Source: Macrostomum hystrix
Lineage: Eukaryota > Animalia > Platyhelminthes
Reading direction: 5' to 3'
Assembly (NCBI GenBank): GCA_950097015.1
Contig: CATNEN010000039.1
Coordinates: 17,422,001-17,486,000, forward strand
DNA length: 64,000 bases
Of this stretch, positions 44,074 through 53,834 are shown piece by piece. The position numbers and the translations under genes are program-made. Numbering within the stretch: the stretch's first letter is position 1; every line of letters starts with the position of its first letter. The notes under the pieces were generated by a model. That model was given only the letters and a program-made list of their open reading frames with translations. It was not told the DNA's origin and ran no database searches.

Positions 44074-46414
44074 CTACTTGAAGATGCGCAGCAGGTCTTG
44101 CCACACCTGGTCCTGGGAGCGGGACGCGTCCAGCTTGTGCATGAGGTGTCGCCGGCCGTAATAGTCCGTCAGCGGCCGAGTCTTCTCGTGGTACTGCGCT
44201 AGCCGGGTGCGCAGGGTCTCGACATTGTCGTCCGACCGGCGAGTCAGCGGCTCACCCGTGACGTCATCCTTGCCTGCGGCGGCCAGACGGGTTGGGAAAG
44301 CGAATCTACTGCCGCTCTCTGCCTTCTCTATCTGGCTCAATCTAATACCGCTCTCTAGCTTATCTACTGACGCTCTCTACCTTATCTACTACCGCTCTCT
44401 ACATTATCTACTGACGCTCTCTACCTTATCTACCACCGCTCTCTACATTATCTACTGACGCTCTCTACCTTATCTACCGCCGCTCTCTACATTATCTACT
44501 GACGCTCTCTACCTTATCTACTACCGCTCTCTACATTATCTACTGACGCTCTCTACCTTATCTACCGCTGCTCTCTACATTATCTACTGACGCTCTCTAC
44601 CTTATCTACTACCGCTCTCTACATTATCTACTGACGCTCTCTACCTTATCTACTACCGCTCTCTACATTATCTACTGACGCTCTCTACATTATCTACTGA
44701 CGCTCTCTACCTTATCTACCGCCGCTCTCTACATTGTCTACTGACGCTCTCTACCTTATCTACTACCGCTCTCTACATTATCTACTGACGCTCTCTACCT
44801 TATCTACTACCGCTCTCTACCTCATTTACCGCCGCTCTCTACATTATCAAATAACGCTCTCTAGCTCATCTACTGACGCTCTCCTTGACTTTATTTTATG
44901 ATGTACCTTTACGTACTTTGGCTCTCTTTGCATACATGTACTGCTTTCCCTATTGCTTTTCGCCCTACCATTCTATAGACTCATGCTTCCTCGCCAGTTC
45001 TGCTTCCGGCCCAATCCCTACTTTTCAGCTCTAGTAAGAAGCTTCCGCTTCAACTTCTCTCCGCTTTCACCGAATCCGTTTTGTTTAGTTTCAATTTCTT
45101 ACTTTTCTTTCGTTATTTTTTCCGAGCCATATTTCACGAGCACGTGCTCAATTCACCCCCATCTGTTTCCGCTGTCATCCAAATCCAACTCGCTTAAGCC
45201 CATCGATTGCCACCTCTTATCTACTCAGAGAGGAGAGCCCGGACTAAGGAAATAAATCACGTCGAATGGTCTCTCGGCAAGCAAATTTTACTTCTAAAAG
45301 TACTTTTTAACTGAGGCGCAATCGTGTTTAACCGGAATTCTCATGGCTAATTATCTTGTCCAGATTTTTTTAGAAACTATTTTCTCAGGGCAACGGATTT
45401 TCTGGAGAGCAGAGATTTGAGTGATTCATCATTTTGCGAAAGTGAAGCCACTGAAGAATAGAGAAGTTTAGGAAACCTGGCAACTATTAGAAACGCCATT
45501 TATCTTTGCGCCATTCTTGGGAAATACGCTACGGGAAAGTGGCGTTTTATATAAATATACATTGTGTTGTAAATAGCGTTTTAGAAAAGTGACATTGTGG
45601 AGGGTAATGGCGTTCTGGAGAAGTGGCATTTTGAGAAAATGGCGTTTTGAGGAAATGGCGTTTCGGGGAAGTGGCAATTTGAGGAAATGGCGTTTCGGGG
45701 AAGTGGCAATTTGAGGAAATGACGTTTTGAGGAAATGGCGTTTCGGGGAAGTGGCAATTTGAGGAAATGACGTTTTGAGGAAGTGGCATTTCGGCGGAAA
45801 ATGGCGTTTCGATGAAGTGGCACTTAAAGATCAAGGTATTTTTAGGTAATAAGTACTTCTTATAATTGCTACTAACCAGTCGTATATTATAAATAAAAAC
45901 ACGTCACACCTCTGAGCCCCATAGCTCACCCACCTGGAACCTTAGGTGGCCGAAACTTGTCGTGGTAGACCCGTCCAGACGGGATGTGCATCAGCCGGCC
46001 GGTGATTCGCTCCTCCAGCAGTAGGTCGTCGATGGCGAATTCGACAACACCGTTGAGCTGCTGACGCCGACGGCCCAGCATGTCGTCAAGGCGCTCGGCC
46101 TGCGCCTGGGTGCGAGGAAAGCCATCTAATAGGAAGCCCTTCTTGCACTCCGGCTTGTCCAGATTCTGCTCGATGATCTCACAGATTGTCTGGTCGTCAA
46201 CGAGGCGACCTTCGTTCATCAGGCCGCGAACCCGCTTGCCGAGCGCTGATTCGGCTTTGGCCACGGCGCGCAGCATTGTGCCGGCGTCCAGGTGGCAGAC
46301 ACCGTAGTGACGAACGAATCGCTCAGACTGGGTGCCCTTGCCGGAGCCAGGCGGACCAAGGAACATGGCGTTCACGTTGCCAGCCGACTGCTGCTTGCCC
46401 CACGACTGGCCCAT
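44074..46414 (-). CDS. Adenylate kinase, AK2-like paralog A (2 exons)
   Basis: Exons 46414-45934 and 44273-44074 (phase 1). P-loop [20 protein letters not shown] and long [41 protein letters not shown]. Confidence 0.9.
44348..44883. repeat. 22/23-bp minisatellite (CGCTCTCTACCTTATCTACTGA variants, ~45-bp dimer) in the AK paralog A intron
   Basis: Alternating monomers are directly visible. Confidence 0.92.
45585..45822. repeat. Degenerate ~18-bp tandem repeat (GAGGAAATGGCGTTTT/GAAGTGGCAATTT)
   Basis: Repeated GAAGTGGC and GAAATGGCGTTT units. Confidence 0.75.
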
Positions 46415-46454
46415 TTAGTTGCTGGGAGAGCTGCGGATGAGGGACATTGGACAT

Positions 46455-46544
46455 TGGATTGCTAGACTGTGCTGGTACTGGATTGCTAGACTGTGCTGGT
46501 ACTGGATTGCTAGACTGTGCTGGTACTGGATTGCTAGACTGTGC
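46455..46544. repeat. 24-bp tandem repeat (TGGATTGCTAGACTGTGCTGGTAC), ~4 copies, just upstream of the AK paralog A start codon
   Basis: Direct observation. Confidence 0.9.
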
Positions 46545-47677
46545 AATTAAAAGGAGTTAAGGATACAAAAAGAGAATTGCTTGTTGAGCTGAACGCAAAG
46601 AAGCTCGTCAGAATACTAAATTTTCTTTGTGAAATCTACATGAAAGGATCTGATTACATCTTTCTTTTCCCATATCATTGCAAAGTCATTTGGAAACGGA
46701 GTTTAAGATAAAATAGCTCAAACGCTGCTGTTTAAACCTAGCTAGTGAAAAATAATCCTGTATTTTTTATCCTCGTGATGTGATAAAACCTGATTCTAGT
46801 AACGATAATCGAATGCCTGTTTAATATTACAATATACTGATAATTTTCTAATCACGCAAAAAGCCTTCGCAAAAACTATTCAAATTTTTCGGCAGCGACC
46901 TCAATTTTCAGACCATAACAATCTGCAGCTGCAGCTGCCTCTTTTCTGAAAAAACAATCTATAAAGAATCTCGTCGGATCAAAGCAAAAGCTTACAACGA
47001 GCCAGAGACCTCAAAGGTAAGAAATCGATTATCACTGGAAGCAGCAATTTTAGTAGGCGGGAGGACATCTGCGGTCCTGAATTTGCCGCTGACGGCAGAC
47101 TAGCTATGTCTGCAGACGGACCTCTAAGAATAGAATCGAATTGAATTCGGTAAGGAAAACAGGAAGGATATAATAAGTGAGATTTGGCAGATACGGTCGG
47201 ATATGTCAAGAAGAGCAGTGACAGCTTGTTCTACAGCTGGGCTGCTGGGCCAATCCAAAGAATTTTTGTGTAGTTGTTCAGCCAAACCAGAGTCGACAAA
47301 TGCTTAAGTTGTCACGATCCAATCCCTATAACTGAGTTGATGTAGAAGCCAAGCTAAAGTCGACCTTCTTTAACCCACCTTCCAACTTTCGAAAAGAAAA
47401 AAATCTGACCCTAAAAGTACACGTGGACTAGTACATACACACCGAAGTGAAGATAGATGAGAAATTAGCGACAGAATTAACTAGTTAACACAGGCCAAGG
47501 TGTGGCTGATCGGTCAAAATATGAATTGGATTCTTGAAAGAAAATAATTCCTACTATGTGGTTCTGTTCTGATATCTGCACTTGCAACTCTTCTTTGGCG
47601 AGGCAAAAATCTACATGGGATGGAAAATACTAAGGGAGGTCACCGTTTACTAAGTGTGGATACTAGATTCTAAACAG

Positions 47678-47915
47678 GGGTCACGAAAGACTAGATAGCG
47701 TGTTTAAAATGTCCTAAGGGATGTCACGAAAGAATAGACAGGGGTCAGAAATGTTCTATGGGAGTCACGAAAGAATAGACAGGGGTCAGAAATGTTCTAT
47801 GGGAGTCACGAAATAATAGACACGGGTCAGAAATGTTCTATGGGAGTGACGAAAGAATAGACAGGGGTCAGAAATGTTCTATGGGAGTCACGAAAGAATA
47901 GACAGGGGTCAGAAA
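47678..47915. repeat. 41-bp tandem repeat (GTCACGAAAGAATAGACAGGGGTCAGAAATGTTCTATGGGA), ~5 copies
   Basis: 41-nt period. Confidence 0.9.
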
Positions 47916-49029
47916 CAGCTGAATATTTAAAGTTTATAATTCTTAGGAGAATCAAAACTCATTCTAGGGTGTTTGGTATTTACTATTTTACATAAGTACC
48001 ACTCGAACTAGTTTACTTTTGAATAATAGATTTTACTCATCTACCAATTTATCTACCTGCACCAACTAACTCTAGTTTTAGCATCAGTTGGACTTTGATA
48101 GATCCAGTTACAAGTAGACGTGGAATTCGGTTGAAAACAAAATAAGCAAAAAAAACAGATTTTTCTAGCTTTTTAAAAATAAGCTACAAAGAGTATTTTT
48201 TGTTATAATCTAAAGCCAAATTCTGAATTGAATTGAATGACAGTTTATAATACAGGTAAAAACGTCTTATCTATTGTTTAGCAAAAAAAAGATAAAACAA
48301 TAGCTATATGTTACCTGCATATGTAAGGCTTTGTGTGCTTTCGAGTCGATTATTGTGAGTCTAGTTGAATCTTGAGCTGCTTTATTTCTTTGTTAGAAAA
48401 TCTTTCATTATAAATCTATCGCTTAAGGCAGATTAAACAAGACAAAACCCGCGCCTAATGGCGATTTGCCCCTGGCTTCGGAAGGGATTAAGAGATAAGC
48501 CGCGAAAACACCTGGTAGGCGGGGTGATGGGCCACGCCCCACGCTTGATATGACTAATCCGTAGAAGAAAGCAGACTCAAGACTTAACTAGATTGAGTAG
48601 ACCAACTTCATCAAGGTTCAAATGGGTGCGGCTAAAAACCAGCTGAAGCCAATCGAATCTGTGACCGTTTCTTGGAAATCGCTAAATTAAACAAATTAAT
48701 TAGGCAACAGCGACGATTAAGTAAAATAAAAACATCTATTTAAAAAAACTAAATATCGAGTTTCAAAGTAGGTTCATAATTTTAACGGGTCTAAACCTGT
48801 CAAAAAGTCTAATTATATCGCAAAAAAGTTACACAACGCGATCTACTTTGAAGTCATTTTTTAAAGCTAATTAACAAAAGCTAAAGTACGTAAGGGCTAT
48901 TGTCAGAATATCAAACAGTTCAACCTAACAAATCAACAAGCGCCTAGAATTTTGGTTAACTAAACTATGAACTGATTTAATTATTATAAAAGCCTTTAGA
49001 TTAATTCGGCTGATGCAAAACTACGATTG

Positions 49030-49770
49030 TAAGAACATATCGATTAGCTGTTAGAAATCTAAGACCATATCGATTAGCTGTTAGACATCAATGACCAAAT
49101 CGATCAGCTGTTAGAAATCTATGACCATATCGATTGGCTGTTAGAAATCTATGACCATATCGATTGGCTGCTAGAAATGTATGACCATATCGATTGGCTG
49201 TTAGAAATGTATGACCATATCGATTGGCTGTTAGAAATGTATGACCATATCGATTGGCTGTTAGAAATCTATGACCATATCGATTGGCTGCTAGAAATGT
49301 ATGACCATATCGATTGGCTGTTAGAAATGTATGACCATATCGATTGGCTGTTAGAAATGTATGACCATATCGATTGGCTGTTAGAAATCTATGACCATAT
49401 CGATTGGCTGTTAGAAATGTATGACCATATCGATTGGCTGTTAGAAATCTATGACCATATCGATTGGCTGTTAGAAATCTATGACCATATCGATTGGCTG
49501 CTAGAAATGTATGACCATATCGATTGGCTGTTAGAAATGTATGACCATATCGATTGGCTGTTAGAAATCTATGACCATATCGATTGGCTGTTAGAAATCT
49601 ATGACCATATCGATTGGCTGTTAGAAATGTATGACCATATCGATTGGCTGTTAGAAATGTATGACCATATCGATTGGCTGTTAGAAATGTATGACCATAT
49701 CGATTGGCTGTTAGAAATCTATGACCATATCGATTGGCTGTTAGAAATGTATGACCATATCGATCAGCTG
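49030..49770. repeat. 30-bp minisatellite (TTAGAAATGTATGACCATATCGATTGGCTG)n, ~24 copies
   Basis: 30-nt period. It explains the MYDHIDWLLE ORF. Confidence 0.97.
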
Positions 49771-49926
49771 AGTCGGCGACTCAATCGGTGACTCAATCGA
49801 TCAAGTAAGAAGAATCTTTGACGAATTCATTAATTTGTTGACAAAACGCTGAAAAAGTACCAAAACGCTATCAAATCAATCAATCAATCAATCAATCAAC
49901 AGTCGGTCCCAGCTGCCGGCGTATCA

Positions 49927-51232
49927 TTAGAACAGATTCTGCAGATTGCGCCAGACCGTATCGGCTGTATTGCTGGCGTCCACCCGTTTCAGAAGGCCGG
50001 CTTCCGCGTAGCCGCGCAGAACAGGCCCGATGAGCTCGTGGTAGGCGGCGAGCCGTCTGGGCATCACATCCGGGAAGTCGTCCGGCAGTTTGATTAACGC
50101 CTCGCCGGTGACATCGTCTCGGCCGGGCACTTTCGGCGGCTGGTAGCTGTAGTGATAGACACGGCCGGAGCCAGGGTGGTGCAGTCGGCCGGTGATGCGG
50201 TCGGTGGCCACCTCGTCGGGCACGCTAAATTCGACGACCGAGGACAGGGCGCGGCGTCGTTCAGCCAGAAGCTGGTCGAGTCGGGCCGCTTGTCCGGCGG
50301 TGCGCGGGAAGCCGTCAAGAACAACGCCGGGTTCGCATTCACGCCGATCCAACTGTTGGGCGACCAGGTCGCAGACCGGCTCGTCGGCTATGAGACGGCC
50401 CTGGTTGATACTGGCTTTCATCTGCGGGTGGCATAAGAAGGGAACATTGGGTAACACAGGCAGGGATATGTGAGAGTAGAGATCCCAGGCTGAGGATATG
50501 GGAGAGTAGAGATTCCAGGCTAAGGATATGGGAGAGTAGAGATCCCAGCCTAAGGATATGGGAGAGTAGAGATCCCAGCTTGAGGATCTGGGAGAGTAGT
50601 GATCCCAGGCTGAGGATATGGGAGAGTAGAGATCCCAACCTGAGGATCTGGGAGAGTAGAGATCCCAGGCTGAGGAAATGGGAGAGTAGAGATCCCAACC
50701 TGAGGATCTGGGAGAGTAGAGATCCCAGGCTGAGGAAATGGGAGAGTAGAGATCCCAGCCTGAGGATCTGGGAGAGTAGAGATCCCAGCTTGAGGATCTG
50801 GGAGAGTAGTGATCCCAGGCTGAGGATATGGGAGAGTAGAGATCCCAGCCTGAGGATCTGGGAGAGTAGAGATCCCAGCTTGAGGATCTGGGAGAGTAGA
50901 GATCCCAGCTTGAGGATCTGGGAGAGTAGTGATCCCAGCTTGAGGATCTGGGAGAGTAGTGATCCCAGGCTGAGGATATGGGAGAGTAGAGATACCACTT
51001 GCCGACGTTCTCACCTGCTCATTGTTAGCAGCCGCGGTGCGCAACAATGAGCCCATATCAACATGACAGACGCCAAATTTGTCGGCAAATCGGCGCGCCT
51101 GCGTCCCCTTACCGGACCCAGGCGGACCAAGGAAGGCGACGTCAAGTTTCTGACGCTGCGAATGCGCCGCGTTGGTTTTGTCTTCTGAGGCAGGCTGCAA
51201 GCGGAGACAGTATATAGCACATTCTGTTTTCA
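49927..51232 (-). CDS. Adenylate kinase, AK2-like paralog B (divergent; start codon uncertain)
   Basis: An exon ending at 51015 carries [23 protein letters not shown]. Exon 50421-49927 carries VLDGFPRT, RITGRLHHPGSGRVYH and PPKVPGRDDVTGEAL. They are joined by a phase-0 intron at 51014-50422. The 5' boundary is either an ATG near 51232 or a splice acceptor near 51194. Confidence 0.85.
50462..50996. repeat. 30-bp minisatellite (TGAGGATCTGGGAGAGTAGAGATCCCAGCC)n, ~18 copies, forming almost the whole intron of AK paralog B
   Basis: 30-nt period within intron 50422-51014. Confidence 0.96.
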
Positions 51233-51837
51233 TTAACTCGATGAGTTCCATCATGCCCTTACAATGCCCTGCCTCCATCATCCCGAGTAAATAGAGAAAG
51301 TTACAATGAATAACGGCTCCAGTACTCACACAGCGATCTAAATTCATCAAAGCCTGCGCAATTGTCTTATCATTGCTTATAATTGCTGTTGGTCTATCTA
51401 CACTGATTAGCTAAGCCCTATAAACTGCCTATAGTGAGTTTCTGGAGCTTGCGATGGCAACGCAATTGAAGGACGCGCCGAGCGGAAGTAGAATGGAGTC
51501 TAGTCTAGTAGCTATCTAAATATAGGCTGCGAGTACTTTTCGCCTTGTTGTACTTTTCACATCGAAGCAGGCGGAGAGAAATCATAAGTGCAAGATAGAG
51601 TCTGCCAAGGAAACAGCGGCGAGCTTCTATGCTTTTAAACGAAGCCTAAGCCTGAGAAGTCTGAGAAGAAAATGTTTAGGACAAAGGAGGCCGACGAAAT
51701 TTTTTATACCGACTTTGCTAGTGAGGGCTAGTGACAGTAAGTTCTCATTTTCCAATATCTTAAGTAGTCGAGTAGATTCTGCTCGATTCAAAGTGTTTTT
51801 TTCTAAGAAGCAGCACTCATCTACTGATTAATTAGAA

Positions 51838-51955
51838 AATCAATGCAATGCAGACTTAACTGTCTTGCTAAAGGACACAAACTGTTTCCAATAGGCTGAG
51901 ATCGAACTCCCGACCTCCCTGTCGGAAGTGTAAAGGTCTAACCAATTAGCTTCAC
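51838..51955 (-). mobile_element. Diverged SINE family B head
   Basis: Reverse complement has GCTAATTGGTTAGA (A-box-like), AGTTCGATCT (B-box-like) and GTGTCCTTTAGCAAGACAG. Confidence 0.5.
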
Positions 51956-53087
51956 TGCTGATTAGCAAGTACGGCTCACTGCTGCGTTATATGAATTGAC
52001 AATATATTTGGTCGCCCGTACACCTATTCGCTTCTGCTTGTCTGTCACAAATTTTATTATCAAACCATGCAAGGCAGCAAGAATTGTTAGGCATATGCTG
52101 CTGGATGTGGCAGTTAAAAACAAAACCGCAGCAAGGGTCTAAAGCGATGCAAATGGTGTGTGTGGCTGCGTGTGCTACTGTTTGCTGCATAAGTAGGTAT
52201 GATTTTGCAGTAAATGCTGAGAGGCCATAACAGGCAGACAATAGCGACTAGCTGAGAATGCCTTTTTATAGTAGCTTTCCAGCTTTTAGAGTTTAGCTGA
52301 GACCCTAAGAGACTAACAAAACTCAGCTTTATACTTAAATGGATATAAGCCGAGTCACGTGAAATTATTCCTAGTAAAGAATATTTTATTACAGAAGAAA
52401 CGATTGTATCGCTATAATGGGCAATGGGGAATTAGGGTACAAAAAATCATTAAACAACTGCTCGCTAATAAGCAGTCAGCGACAAACAGAAATGCAAATC
52501 CCCTATTAATTCCATTTGCTGCAAAAGCTGGCCATTGTTAAGGGGCATATAAGGCAATAAGGCAATCAACATGATATTTTATAATGTTAAAGCTATAGCA
52601 TATAGGGTACACAGGGACATCAATATAGTCTATATTAGTAGGAATAAACCCAGTACAGGACAGATAGATGAGGGGAAGGAGTGAGGGGTGGGTAAAGGAT
52701 TATTCCCTACATGCATGAACGCACGAACTACCCGCAACTTCAATCCTTCACAAGCCAAGCCGCAATGACATGAATAGACAAAAGTACAAACTGCCTTTAA
52801 TATTGGCCAATATAGCTCGTAACACGAACAGCAGAGAAAAAATGTAGTTGTTTTCAATCAAGCTTACGAGAAGAATAGTAAATATTGTCGGGTCACAGCT
52901 GTTATTCAGAATAGCATGCACCGGGCTTCTTTTTAAAGATGTACTGAACTAATTTATGACTGCTTTGTGTCAGCACTTGTTGATTAAGTCTACTGAGGCT
53001 TACATAGCACTTTGTGCTAGTAAAATTGGCGAAAAAATGAGCAAATTAATTGCAAGATCAGTGTCTATAGATTTAGTTGCTAGAATA

Positions 53088-53186
53088 GCAAGTAGCTAAA
53101 ATCATAAGTACCTAGAATCTCAGCAAGATCAAGTAGTTAGAATCTCAGCAAGACCAAGTAGTTAGAATCTCAGCAAGACCAAGTAG
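53088..53186. repeat. Left remnant of the 25-bp satellite (AAGTAGTTAGAATCTCAGCAAGACC) interrupted by the LINE
   Basis: About 3-4 monomers identical to the array at 60254-63505, ending ...GACCAAGTAG. Confidence 0.9.
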
Positions 53187-53834
53187 CCATCTGAGCCATC
53201 TGATCTGAGCCATCTGAGCCATCTGAGCCATCTGAGCCATCATCGACAACTCCGCGAATACGCATCCGTTTGCAAAGCGACACATCACTATCGATAGAGC
53301 TTCCAACCGAGGTTAATCAGCTAAAATTTTAAGTAAAAACATTGTCAATTTGCTTTGTTTTCCTTTAAAAAGCGTCTGATTGCCTGCATTGAAATATTAC
53401 TGTGTTTTAGGCTCTCTACGAAAAAATATTTGTCTGTTAAAAAGTCACTGAATTTCGAATTACACAGCCAGTTATTGAAATACCAAACATTTTTTTTGTT
53501 TCAATTGTAAGAATTATCCAACACTCCATTTTGTGTAGTAATTAATTTTTCCTTTCTGTGCATTTTTCTTGAAGCATTGGTAAGAACTTCTTTAGAAACA
53601 CCTTGATAAAAAATTTTTTTATAAGCATCTGTTTTTCAAGCGCGCGTAGAGAGCCTTCATTGTACACCTTGTTTTGTACACTGATATCATTTCTCTCTCC
53701 CGTTCCTATCCTTTGGTGTACAATCAATTGGGGCTTCTAGGAAACCAGTTTTTCTATCGCTAGCCAGTAACTATAGCTCTAATAAAATATCTTAACAATG
53801 TTCTTGTACGTCTATTTGTAAAATCTCTGACCCA

